A stretch of DNA of 64,000 nucleotides from a virus. The notes beneath the pieces are model-generated. The model was not told the DNA's origin and did not search any database. It was given only the letters and a program-made list of their open reading frames with translations. The first letter of the stretch is position 1. Every line of letters starts with the position of its first letter. Location of the stretch: the IMG/VR virus record IMGVR_UViG_3300027747_002638. One strand, given 5' to 3'. Shown here piece after piece: positions 17,882 to 29,700 of the stretch. Position numbers and translations under genes: made by a program.

Positions 17882-18223
17882 TTAATTCAAGACAAAAATA
17901 TCACGATTAATTACTCCAACCCATTTAGCTTTATATACAGGCTCTAGGGTATCAGAGTAAACAAAGCTATTAAACTTATAAGGATTATATGTTACTTTTC
18001 TTTCAGTTTGATCTACTGGCCATCCATCGTCTGGTGTGCCACACACAAAAGCGTGAACATTCTTTCTTTGTTCTTTTAATACTCTGTTTCTACCAGCTTG
18101 ACTCACTCTAAACTCAACATCTTTCAAAAAGAATTCTGTGCTATGCTCTAATACTTTTCCTCTAAGCATAATAGAAAGACAATGCTTATGTAAATTATAA
18201 TATACTTTATGCTTTGCTTTCAT
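17882..18223 (-). CDS. conserved hypothetical phage protein
   Basis: VYYNLHK...FRVSQAGRNRVLKEQRKNVHAFV...VTYNPY. Confidence 0.75.
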   Translation of the reverse strand: MKAKHKVYYNLHKHCLSIMLRGKVLEHSTEFFLKDVEFRVSQAGRNRVLKEQRKNVHAFVCGTPDDGWPVDQTERKVTYNPYKFNSFVYSDTLEPVYKAKWVGVINRDIFVLN

Positions 18224-18356
18224 CTCATAACTATAACATAAATAATATAAATGTCAAGCTATGTAAACCTTTGATAGATAACGAGTTACAAAAGCGGAAC
18301 CCCTGCCGTCGCAAGTGCTTGATAGTCAACGACTTATGCATGATACAATAAGTGCA

Positions 18357-18390
18357 AAAAGAAGCGGAGGGTTTTGCCCTCCGCCTCTGT
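18357..18390 (-). terminator. intrinsic terminator
   Basis: GCGGAGGG/CCCTCCGC stem plus T-run after the DUF932 gene. Confidence 0.75.
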
Positions 18391-18407
18391 TAAAGTTTCG
18401 TTTTAGT

Positions 18408-19265
18408 TTAGGCGACCAGTTTCAAGAGGTCTTCGTCACGGGTTTTGCCCGAGAAGACTTTGAGCAAGTCAGTGCTGATACGCTCACTGTACTCGTAGCG
18501 TTCATCTGCAACATTACGAGTTAGGAACTGAGTTGACGCATTGTACAAATTGTACAGGTTGCGATCAGTATCCTCCTCATAAGAAGGATTACGCCACACT
18601 GCTTCGATGCCTTCACGCACCTTGGCAGAGATGATAGCCTTCTCCTCCAACTTGGTGAGCAAGGTCAAACCCTGCTCATCAGTGATTGCCTTCTGCGCTA
18701 ACCTGTTAAAGATTGCTACAGAGGTATCAACACTGGAGACCGCATTAGCCAACGCATCACCAATAAAATCCAGATTGACAGCAAGAGTGTGCCTCTTGGT
18801 CATGCTGAACTCCTTGGTCAACGATTTCATTCCGTTAGTGCAAATCAAACGGAGGAAACCGAGGGTTAATGAGACACGACTGGAGCGGTCATAACTGTTG
18901 TTAACAGTCAATCGCAGTCCGAGAATGTCTCCCTTGGCACGCTTGCCAACTGGCTTCAATTCAGTCTTGAAGTCAGTGAAGTCATAGCTAGCGTAGAAAC
19001 GAGCACCATCACGAACCACAAACTTTTTGGAGTTGTAGTTAGCGAGCATACTGTTCTCCGATAGCGACTCTTCGACCATCGTTACGAGGTCTGCATTCTT
19101 CACCACACCATACTGCTCGGTGCAAACTCCGAGTGTCATGGGTTCGGCGGTGTCACGGCGCACCATGCCGAAGTATCCTGTCCTCTTGCCGTCTGTTGTG
19201 AGGAGTGGCTCTTGGTGTACATCGAAATCGTATACACTTTGAGCGGGTTTTGTTGTTCTAGCCAT
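18408..19265 (-). CDS. DUF932-family protein
   Basis: LGVCTEQYGVVKN...NSYDRSS...LRLICTNGM...H; NLYNLYNASTQFLT. Confidence 0.8.
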   Translation of the reverse strand: MARTTKPAQSVYDFDVHQEPLLTTDGKRTGYFGMVRRDTAEPMTLGVCTEQYGVVKNADLVTMVEESLSENSMLANYNSKKFVVRDGARFYASYDFTDFKTELKPVGKRAKGDILGLRLTVNNSYDRSSRVSLTLGFLRLICTNGMKSLTKEFSMTKRHTLAVNLDFIGDALANAVSSVDTSVAIFNRLAQKAITDEQGLTLLTKLEEKAIISAKVREGIEAVWRNPSYEEDTDRNLYNLYNASTQFLTRNVADERYEYSERISTDLLKVFSGKTRDEDLLKLVA

Positions 19266-19447
19266 ATGTTAATCATACCATACTTTTAACTTATGACAAG
19301 AACTTTTTTCGTGTCATAAGATTCTGATACTCAAGTACTTGCCAATCCTGTGAAAGTTTTTTTATATTGTTGCAAGTGCTTACCTATCAACGACTTACGC
19401 GCGCAGGGAGCCCGCTCACGTAACTATATAATAATCAACTACTTATG

Positions 19448-19900
19448 TCAAACTAAATTTAATTTATAATTACCTTTTCTATATTCTCTTACTTTCCTCT
19501 TAGCATATAAAGACGCATCTACTTCACATAATTTAGCTCTAGTACCCATATTATATTTTCTTATCTTTTTAATGCCATGATAGAACTTATTCTTTTTATA
19601 TTGATATAAGTGTCTTAATTCATGAGCAATTAATTCAATTAAACCTTCTTCCCAGCTATATGTTTCTACATTAAGATAGCCTCTTCTGCCTCCAGTATTA
19701 TAAGGTCTAAGATACTTGCCATATCTAGGCACACCAATATGTACTCTCATGCTACCCCAAGCCCTGCCATGCCAATTTAATTTAGTATTACCAAAATCTA
19801 TCTTTCTAATGTCTTTAAGAAATACGCCATCTGGCATACACCATTTAATAATTTCTTTTAACTTTTCAGAACAATAAGAGGTGCTATTAATTAACTTCAT
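19448..19900 (-). CDS. zincin-like metallopeptidase-motif protein
   Basis: LIAHELRHLYQ (HExxH) with a downstream E (CEVDA). Confidence 0.6.
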   Translation of the reverse strand: MKLINSTSYCSEKLKEIIKWCMPDGVFLKDIRKIDFGNTKLNWHGRAWGSMRVHIGVPRYGKYLRPYNTGGRRGYLNVETYSWEEGLIELIAHELRHLYQYKKNKFYHGIKKIRKYNMGTRAKLCEVDASLYAKRKVREYRKGNYKLNLV

Positions 19901-19925
19901 AAGTTAATAATATACTATATTGAAA

Positions 19926-21781
19926 TTAAGTCAAGATGATAACTTCTGCTTCTATTCTTTTTCGCTCATTCTCCAAATCTCTCAGCATCTTTACCTGCTC
20001 ATCCCAAACTCCAATCCCCTTTTCAACATCATAAATAATCTTGTACATATTATCTTTTATAGTTTTTAATTGATCTTCATATATCTTTTTCAGTTTGTTT
20101 TGTAGGTCTTGATAAGAATATGTCATATATTTATAGTATATTAAATTAATTAAATGTCAATCATCATTCATCATATCACTTAATAATATCAAAGGAAATA
20201 ACAATATAAATAAAACTATATTAACTAGACTCTTTAGTATCTTCACTATCTCTTATTACACTCCTAATAAGTAGCAATTCATCAAAGCATATTACTGGCT
20301 TTTCGTTTAGTATTTCAATGCAAAATAGGTTATTCATTGTAGCTAAAGTATATATAAATAACAAAAACAATACTTAATATAATAGCAAAAATTAAAGGTG
20401 CATTACTCATTAATCCATTCCAATAGATGTTCTAGTTCGTGAATTGCACTCTCTAATAAATTAACCGCATCTTGATTATTATCATGCTCGACTTGTAGGG
20501 TTTTATATTCTACAATCCTATCATTGATTTCTTTGACAATTTGCTCACTCGACTTCATCTTCATCTCCTTGTGTTAAAGTATAACCGCAAACTTCTAAAG
20601 CCAACTCTAGTGCTTTTTTATAGCTATTAGCTTTAATTATTTTCATGGGCTCTTGCATATCTGCACTTTGCCAAAGCTTAAACTTCATCTTCGTCCTCCT
20701 CTTCTTCCTCGACATCAATAGCTTCAAAGTTATAATCAACCTCATCCCAATCGAGCATAAAGCCATTAGCATCAGTGCAATTCTCAGCCATCTCTGTTGC
20801 CTTATCAACCGCTTCCTCATCTGATGTGGCCTCGACCTCGATGTCCACTTCTGCGATTTGGTTGCGTTGCATACGAATCGTGAATTTCTTTAGGGGTTTT
20901 TCGGTGTTGTTCATAGTTTTAATATACTCCTTTTATATTTATTGTCAAATTATATTTTTAGGAATCTCTATTTGCCACTTGCTAGTAATCCATTTAAGGA
21001 TCTGATCTGACCAGTAACCACTTACTATTTGAAACAAGTCTCTTTCGATTCTAATCCTATCAAAGCTATAATAGATATATTGATTAATTAAGTATGGTGC
21101 ATCACACGAACCTCTGGTAATATGATTAGTAGAAATAACATCTATCTTAATATTAGTTAATGTTTTAGGAATAACTACCTTGATAGTTCCGCCAAGTGCT
21201 GTCTCGCCTATTTTGAATGTTTTAGTCATAAATAGAATATAACCTAAATTATTATTTAGTCAATTAAATATTCTATATTGTTTCGCCGCTTTAATTAATT
21301 TCTTTCTTAATGATTCATTGGTAACACTATATGAGCCACCCCAATCTGATCTCTTTATTTCTCTAAAGCATAATTCATTATTACCATCAAATGATTCTAT
21401 TACTTCATAATCAGCAGGGCCAATCTTAAATTGATAATACATTTTAACACTTCTTGATGTTAAGGTAGGTTCAGAGTTTGTTTTTGTTGATGCCATATAT
21501 TTAATATAACTTAAATTATTATTTTGTCAAACCCTTTCCCACTTCGCGCCCCATCTATTTAATGCATCTTTTGCTTCTTTGAATGTTTTGAAATAAGTAT
21601 ATTGCGTTGGTTCACAATGAGGAAACACTTGTTTAGCCATCCATACTTTCTTATTTAGTAATTTTTTATTATACTCGCCACCAAACAAATAAGGATTATT
21701 GTTTACTACGCGATCTAAAATATAACAAAATATCGTGGGCTTGTTGATATAGTTTGCTATGTATTGGTATGTGCTGTTCAT
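19926..21781 (-). other. run of small monocistronic hypothetical genes (19926-20126, 20678-20914, 20945-21229, 21260-21496, 21527-21781)
   Basis: Each preceded by TTGAC(A/T)-N16-TA(T/C)(A/T)(T/A)T-N6-ATG. Confidence 0.65.
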
Positions 21782-21969
21782 ATAATAAATATAACTCAAA
21801 TTATTATTCAGTCAAGTAAATAAAATAAAGAAAAGCTATCCATCCACTCAAAGCTATAATAGTAATAGCCATAGCTTCTATAAAACATCTTGTTTTACTT
21901 TTGCTCTCTACAATAGGAATATCAGTCATCTATTTATATTAAGTTATTTATTATTTAAGTAAAGAAAAA

Positions 21970-22149
21970 TATGGTTTCTGCGACACCAAAAAACGCTCAA
22001 AGGATATATGGTCAAGGTTAATTCCGCAATCCCCTCGACAACCAATCCTTGATTTCGTGCGGAAATCAACGTAGAAGGAACGAGAGAAATATACGGCGCC
22101 TCGCTTTCTCTCTTTGCACCCTTTCGCAACCGAGAGTGTGCCTTCTACT
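21970..22149 (-). ncRNA. candidate ~180-nt structured ncRNA
   Basis: Promoter TTGACA-N17-TACTAT with no ATG at +1; GUAGAAGG/CCUUCUAC closing stem, several hairpins and a possible pseudoknot. Confidence 0.6.
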
Positions 22150-22317
22150 GTTCTTATAGTAATGTTTTTTTATTCTTTTGTCAAAACATTTTTTAATGTT
22201 TCAATTACGAATGAAAAAAGATTATTACAATCACCGAAGTCTAGGTTTTTTTCAATTTCTTTTTTGCTCATACGCTGTATTATACAGCAAATACAACAGA
22301 TTGTAGAACAAAAATTA

Positions 22318-23163
22318 TTATTTTTTTAAAGTTGCTTGTATTTCCGAGGCTTTATTTAAATATTCTGATTCTTTTTGTAAGTCGTTAGATTGTTTATAAA
22401 GTTCTGCTATTTTTCTATAAATAAAAACAATACTTTCTCTTGGTTGAGATTTTTTTGCATTTTCTTCTTTTTGTAAAAGTTGTTCTAGTGTTAGGTTGTT
22501 AGATCTCATCTACTATAATATACACATCAAAGCTCATACTTTTGTTTTATTTTTTTAATAGATTCTATCTTTGAATTTAAGACTTTTTGATAATCTACTC
22601 CTAGCTTAAAACTTGTAGATGAATTAGACATTATTGATGTGAAATATGAGTATCTGCGTTCTTCTACATTATTATAAAATTTTTCTTCAAAAAATTCCTT
22701 TATCTTGGATTCGTTCTTTTTATTTATCTCGAGTTTTTCTTCAGTATTTTCAATTAAATCAGTCAAAGTAATTGAAACTATTGAATCTGGATCTACAGCT
22801 TTGATTTCTTCTGCGAAAGAATTTATATGATCTATACTTATGATTGGTTGCATATTATATTATATCTATTCCTATTATTATTTCTAATAAAATATGGTTA
22901 TTCGGTACCACAAAACGATCCTTTTATTTACAAGAAAAGGCACTCGATGACCACTATCACCTCACCAAACTTTTATATTTTCTCTTTTTAGATTTAAATG
23001 TCTTATATCTTTTCTTTAATCTGACCTTCTTATTGAACCAAAAACGAATAGGTTCTGGATCATAAGAATACAATCTAAATGTTTTAATTACTTTATTAGT
23101 AATGAAACATAAAGCCCCAGTAACACTAACAAACAGAATAGAAGCATTGATTAGTCCTTTCAT
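22318..23163 (-). other. three small hypothetical CDS (22318-22509, 22527-22853, 22957-23163)
   Basis: ORF track; co-oriented and tightly packed. Confidence 0.5.
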
Positions 23164-23187
23164 ATTTTTATATTACTAAAGTTTAAT

Positions 23188-23535
23188 TTACTTTGCAAGC
23201 TCCACTTCGAGTTTCTTGGTCTTGCCCATCCAAGGTTCTGGCATAATATGTTTAAGCCAATCTTGCATAGATGGAATAAATCCCAAGTCCTCTGCTACAT
23301 GTTGTTCGCCAACCCAACGAGTAGGAATCTTTTTACCATTGGATAATGTGATGGTATTACCAAATATCCTCTCACACATAAAGATACCCTCTGCGTGATG
23401 TCTCAAAGCACGATGGCGAAAGTCTGCCATCATCATCTTACTCTCATCAAACCAATCGTGAATCCTCTGATAATCTTCTGGAGTTCCACCCCACTTCTTT
23501 GCTGATGATAATGAATGGTGGTATGGATTAGCCAT
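23188..23535 (-). CDS. DUF6915-like protein
   Basis: MANPYHHSLSSAKKWGG...IHDWFDESK...RHRALRHH...EQHVAEDLG. Confidence 0.75.
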   Translation of the reverse strand: MANPYHHSLSSAKKWGGTPEDYQRIHDWFDESKMMMADFRHRALRHHAEGIFMCERIFGNTITLSNGKKIPTRWVGEQHVAEDLGFIPSMQDWLKHIMPEPWMGKTKKLEVELAK

Positions 23536-24053
23536 TAGAAACTCTCCTCGCTAGTCCGAACCTCCTCTATCCTCTCATTGTATTCGAGACGCACCTTGCG
23601 AGTAGAGACATCAAAGTAGAATGTTCCATAGCTACCTTCGTTAATCTCCCAACCTCCGTGACTTGCACCTAACTTATCATAGCATATCTCTTCGATAATC
23701 TCTCTGACATTTCCTTCTCTAGCTTCTGTCAAAACCATCTCTTTTTTCTTTTCGTCCCATTGGTGATAAGATGTTTTAGCTGAACCTTTAACAATAACCT
23801 TATCAAGATATGCTTCGTCTATACCCTTGCCATTAGCGTCTGTATAATCTACTGCTTCGATTTGTCCAGAGTCTCCGCAACCTTCAAAATCTACTTCAAT
23901 AGTAGAGACTTTTGTTTGTGCTAGAGTATCGAATAATAGATTAGTATGATACTTTACTCTATCTCCTTTTTTGATTTGGTCTGCTTTAATTTGTGCCATG
24001 ATGTCATCCATCTTTGGCATCTTGATTTTTTTAGATTTAGATGTTTTGCTCAT
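23535..24053 (-). CDS. DUF6878-like protein
   Basis: EVDFEGCGDSGQIE...GGWEINEGSYGTF; usual neighbour of DUF6915. Confidence 0.7.
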   Translation of the reverse strand: MSKTSKSKKIKMPKMDDIMAQIKADQIKKGDRVKYHTNLLFDTLAQTKVSTIEVDFEGCGDSGQIEAVDYTDANGKGIDEAYLDKVIVKGSAKTSYHQWDEKKKEMVLTEAREGNVREIIEEICYDKLGASHGGWEINEGSYGTFYFDVSTRKVRLEYNERIEEVRTSEESF

Positions 24054-24162
24054 ACATCCAATATAATCTAAACTTAAACTTTGTCAATCTCTGTTTAAGA
24101 AAATATTTAAAATATATACTACTAAGATAACACCAAAAATATAATAGTAATTCATTATTTGA

Positions 24163-26374
24163 TTATCCCTTATTTGCAACTAATCTACTAATTCTAGCTT
24201 TTTCTAGCAAGGCTTCTAGACGCTCAACCTGCTCCTCGTACCCATATTGTTGCCTATGCTTAAGGTACGATATCTGATCAACAATAGCATCTTGAATTAA
24301 TTCCCAATCTTCTCTTTTAAAATTTTCATCTGTATATTGGCTCATAGATCTAATATAACCTTTATTTATTATTTGTCAATTCGATTTACTAAACATATTT
24401 AATTATTATTTGATCTTCTTTTATTCTTTCTACCCATTGAATTCCATATTCATCTTCTACAAAATACTTATTTTTGTCAAGTTGATTAATAATTTTAACT
24501 TCACAAGACAATCCATTATGGTAATATATGATAGCTTTTTTAATTTCATTCACTTGTTTGCTTCTAGTTTATGTAATATGTTCATTATTATTTCAGAATG
24601 TTCGGGTAACAAATTGCCACTATACTTATTTAGAGTTTTATGAATCACATTATTTTTAAATGTTTTTAGAATATACCAGTCAAACTCATAACCCATATTT
24701 AAACTATCCCATTCAGTTTTTAAGCAATAATAAAGATAAGATAGCTCGTTCTCATCTAATGCTGTTATTTGATTAGTATCTATCATCTTGCTGGACGAAT
24801 GTATCCACCATTCTTAAATAGATCTCTCTCTTGTGCTTTAATTAATTCTATGATAGAATTTGGATCTTCTGTTTCGCATTTGGAATAAGTTACATTATCT
24901 ATATCTGTTATACCATAGAATTTAACTTCCTCTGAATAAACATTATTTATAAATACTACAATAGTAAATAAAGTGGTTTTCAGCAGAGAAAGGAATCTGC
25001 TAGGATAACCACCAACCTTGCTTCCTTGGGTCACGGCTTCCAAAGTATTCTTATTGTAACTATTATTTAACATAATGTCAATTATAAATCTAAATTAATT
25101 CAAAATCAACCAAAATATTCTAAATCTAACCTAGCCTTCTTATTTAGTTTAAAGCCAAGTAGTTTCATTATTTCTTTATTTGATATTATCTTACTAATAT
25201 TTTCTTTATATATAGTATCTCTATCTACTGCTATTAAGTCCCAATCCTTTATTAAGTAATCATATTCAGTATCTATTACTTTAGTAGCAATAAAACTTGG
25301 GCTATATTTAATAATAATATACTTATTTTTAGTTTCTGTTGTTATTATTCTATCAATTTCTCCGTGGCTTATATTATTTATACTAATTATAGTTATCTTA
25401 TTTAAAGCATTAAAAGCATCAATATCAATAATAGCCCAATTATCTATTATTTTGCTAGGATTCTTTACTTTATCATAGTATAACTCTAATTTTTCCTCTA
25501 GTGATTTGAATTTCATTAGCTATTAGCTTATTATACATACTATATAGATAAAAAAAGATATATTTTATATTTATTTGTTATTGACTATTGGAATATTATA
25601 TGTATTATAGTCCACCAAACCTATTTCATTCTTTTATACTTATTTCTATTCTTCTCTATGTCTTTTAGTATTATCTCTAGAGTATTTCTTAAAAACAAGA
25701 TTATATATAATGTTCCTAATAAAGCTAATAACACTATAAAGTATAACATACCTAGTAACAGATAAAAAGGCTTGAATATATACCCTTTTATATCAAATTG
25801 CATACCTAAACAAGACATAATCTTACTTTTCACCCCTCTTTTTAATATACTGCCTTATAGCTTTTACTTCAAGAAGAATAAAGCAGTTCAAAACAAATAG
25901 TGTCAAAAAACTGCATAAGAATATTACAAGATCAAGGCTAATATCGAGGTTTAGTTCAGTATAGGCCATATTATCATTAACTATAAGAAACATATTATTA
26001 GGCTTTTTTAGATATTAAATAAACAAACCAGAATACCAAAGAAAAAGCTAGTAATGGAACGATTAAACTCAAGAAACTCCAATTCATTTAATTTTTGTGC
26101 TAATATCTTCTACAAAGTGAACCAATGATTCTGGCAATACATATACCACTTGTTTTTTGCGACCACCAACATCTTCCTCAACTTCTACCATATATCTATC
26201 TTGAGGCAATACTCCAACAATCTTACCATAGTATTGAACCTTTTCTGCACTTTGAAACATTACTTCTTTGAACATATTTTTAGCCATAACATCTATTTTT
26301 GCATCTTCATTTACGCTAGAATCAGCTACTTGAGGATACTTTGCATCGTAATTTAATGGGTTAGCGTTATTCAT
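24163..26374 (-). other. small hypothetical CDS cluster (24163-24345, 24550-24786, 24783-25073, 25106-25516, 25621-25833, 26084-26374)
   Basis: ORF track; no recognisable domains. Confidence 0.5.
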
Positions 26375-26706
26375 CTTTTATCTCCACTTCCTTTTATTTT
26401 ACCTCTTTTTAATCTATCTGCAAGTTTAATTATATTATTTCCTGCAATATCTTCAAGATTCATACCAAGTTCATCTGCTAAACTCGCACAATACCAAAGC
26501 ACATCACCAAGTTCATCAGCAATACTAGCTTTAGCGTCTTTTGAGAGATTTCCATTGTTATCTCTCATTACCTTCTTAACTTTATTAGCAATCTCCCCAG
26601 CTTCACCAACAAGCCCTAAAGTAGTATAGTATAACCCATCACCCGCTAAATCTCTTGGATAAAAAGCAGTTCTACTAGCATTGGTCTGAAAATTATTAAA
26701 GGTCAT
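26371..26706 (-). CDS. mazG: MazG-like nucleotide pyrophosphohydrolase
   Basis: LGLVGEAGEIANKVKK...ELGDVLWY...N..KL..R...GKIKGSGDKR. Confidence 0.88.
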   Translation of the reverse strand: MTFNNFQTNASRTAFYPRDLAGDGLYYTTLGLVGEAGEIANKVKKVMRDNNGNLSKDAKASIADELGDVLWYCASLADELGMNLEDIAGNNIIKLADRLKRGKIKGSGDKR

Positions 26707-29700
26707 TTCTTTTTACTTTTAACCTTTTTAGCCTCGCCCAAGCCTCTAATAAGTGCATAGTTAAAGCCAATATTAATAAATTGCTCATCAGTAATAACAG
26801 ATTTGCCTAGATTAAGAAAATAGTTATGAGTTATATTATCCATATCTACTTTAGATTCATAAACGCTTTTTTTTACAAATCTGCCAACTTTTAATGAAGA
26901 TTTTTTGCTCATTTACCCTTTATAAATCTATTATATAACTTTGTAAAGATATTTTTTGATTTTCTTTTTTTAGAGAAATGTTTTGATAGTTTATTTATTC
27001 TAGCTATACCAACAAAAGGTCTTTTTTTCATTTTAACAACCTTGGCATCCAACAAAATCGCAATCACACTTTCTTTCGTTTGATCTCTTAGCTTCGTTAT
27101 CGTCCCATTCCATTTCTTCTCTATATTCTTCAATTTCTTTGATAGTATCATCTGCTGGTAAATGTTCAAAAAGTAAATCAATTAAATCTGCGACTGACGC
27201 ATTATTATACAAATCATAGATATACTCTTGCTCATCCTCTGAACAAGTCTTGAGGAAGTCTTTGGTATTCTTAAACTTTTTCATCTTCATCTTCTTTTTC
27301 ATAATCTATTACTCCTATTTCATCAAATACATATCCACATCCTTTGAGGAAATCTCTTAATTTGTCACAAATTTCACCAATAGTTGTTGCATTAAAACTA
27401 ATCTTATGATTTGTTTCTCTGCCAATTTCATCAGCATATTCATATTGAAAGGTATATTTATCTTTTTTAATTTTTTTCATTTTAGGAACACTTTCTAAAG
27501 TTTCTCTTGACAACTTCCTCACCTTTCATATCGAATTGCTCTAACTCTCTTTCTTTTCTCCACTCTGCTAATTCTTCTTTTGCTCCATTAAATTCAGCCC
27601 AATCGTTTAATTCTGCATCAGTCATAAATTGTTCATCTTCTTCTCTTGTAACGCATCCGTGAGCATCGTTCTCTGCTTCATCTGCATAACTTTCAAGAAT
27701 ATGCTCGGAGCTTGAGCCGTGTTTGTTGCTAATATCATCTGTGATAGTATAGATTGTTACCTTGTGTCTCTTGCCACTTTTAAATTCTGCCAATTTCTTT
27801 TGCTGTTCTTTCTTACTTTTCTTTTCTAGTTTCTCAAGACAAACCAAATCTTTTCTATATTTATTTACAATTTGCTCAAGATCATTATAATAAGCTCTAT
27901 TCTGAAAGATAAGCTCAATCAAATCCATCTTACTCATCTCAACATAATTACGAGCAACAATTTCTTGCTCGTCTTGATTAAGACTTTTGAAAAACTTTAG
28001 TGCGTTCTTAAACTTCTTTTTGCTCATATATTCAATATACTGCAAACTTAAAAATTGTCAATATGTAGCACCAAAAATATTTACTTGAGCATTAGGATTT
28101 CTACGGCCATCTGGACTATCCATCATATTATATTTTGTAGGATAATCTTGAGCATCTTCGCTCATACCATCTGGAATAGTCTTATACGAAACATTTGCAC
28201 AACCAACAAAGAAAAATGTCATAAGAATCCAAGCTAATACAATAAGCATAAAAGCTATTACTTTAATTGGTTTAAAAGTCATTTCTTAAAGTTACGCTTT
28301 CTATAAGTAATTGAGCTTCACGATTTTGAATGACTTCTTTTACTGACAATCTTTCATTCGCCATTGGAGAATGATTAAAAATGAATGTTAAACAAAAAAT
28401 TTCTATTGGAGTCCACATAAAATTATAATAGGATAGTGGGCTTGAACCATCTATCCTACTATTAGATTACTTGGCCGATACAGAAACTACCGAACCACCA
28501 GTCTTGTTGGCAAATCGCTTACTAGCGATCTTTGCACCACGGAGAGTTGGGTAACTCTTGGGGGCAACAACAAGCTGACCAGTCGTAGCTTTGACTTGCC
28601 AAGTATATTGCGTTTGGGTTGTATTCATAATGTTAATATTAGTATATATTTGAGATAATGTCAATATATTATTTCTTATTTTTAAACTTTTCTTCTTTGG
28701 GTTGTTCAACGGCATCTTCTTTATTATAAATTGCTTTCTTGGGTCTACCCATATTTGTCATCTTCATATCTTTGCCACGCTTTAGATTACCCCAAGGATT
28801 CATACCAGAGTTCTTTAGGTTAGCTTGGAAGGCTCTGATTTCTTTTAGTTCTTGTTTTGTTAATGCCATAGTTAGTATATACTAACCGAATTTATTTTTT
28901 AGATCAAGAATTATTTTCTACAACTACAACCAGAACAACCGCAACCCAATTTTAGATTCAACAACCACTTAAACGCTTTTTTTAGCTTTTTTAACACTTT
29001 TCTTTTTAGCTTTCTTTTTCTTTGGCTTAACTTCTACTTCTTCATCTTCCCAACTAGCTGAAACTTCATTATCATTGTATTCGCCAATAAAAGGGGCATC
29101 TTCTTTTTCTAATTTCGCTAATTCTCTGGCAGTTTGCCATTCAAAAAACTTATCTTCAATTTTAAAACGAACATCCCAATAAAGATTGATTAGCCAGTTC
29201 ATAGGCGAACCCCACAAGCTCCACCTAAAATAAAACAAACTGAAAGAATTAAAATTTCCATAATATTACTCTATTTACCATTACACTTTGTTTTTAGGCT
29301 TTTCCTTAATATTTTTATTATAGGCTAAAACATCATCCAAATATTTATTTAACATATTACTGCAAGTTCTTTCTTTTTCGGGGTCTTTACTATAATAGGA
29401 TTTCTCAAGAGCAAGTAATTGATCTCGCCAATGATTTAGACTAGCTAAATGTTCTGTTAAAAATTCAATTTTAGATTTTTTGGGTGGCATTTTTTACCTC
29501 TATTTTCCATTCTTCTATAATTTTTCCAGAATCCTCATAATCATAATTAGGATTGCTTCTTAAAAGATAAAAGGTTTTATCGCTTGAGTCAATTTTATTA
29601 ATAATATTCATATAGCCTTCTTTTAATAACTTTTTATTTAAATAATAAAAACTTTTCATATATGGTTTAGACATATTATCTTTACTCATAATACTTTGAG

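Larger units (their letters stand above)
8303..19446. repeat. dispersed array of 75-bp box-21bp-box modules (10 full, 4 lone boxes)
   Basis: Modules at 9446, 9608, 10661, 11639, 12422, 13412, 14351, 15256, 18263, 19372; lone boxes at 8303, 11038, 16751, 19316; box consensus GTAAGTCGTTGA-N3-TCAACGACTTAC. Confidence 0.9.

Noticed and set aside
8303-19446. Modules as mini-CRISPR arrays (repeat-spacer-repeat)
   Set aside because: Boxes are too degenerate, the 21-bp spacers share a fixed GCAGGG, and no cas genes or leader are present.
8303-19446. Modules as integron attC sites
   Set aside because: No consistent RYYYAAC/GTTRRRY ends, orientation is unrelated to gene direction, and there is no integrase in the window; a recombination role remains only a hypothesis.
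28424-28465. Hairpin with a T-loop-like TGGTTCAAGCCCA (minus strand) as a tRNA
   Set aside because: No D or anticodon arm; more likely a terminator or processing hairpin.
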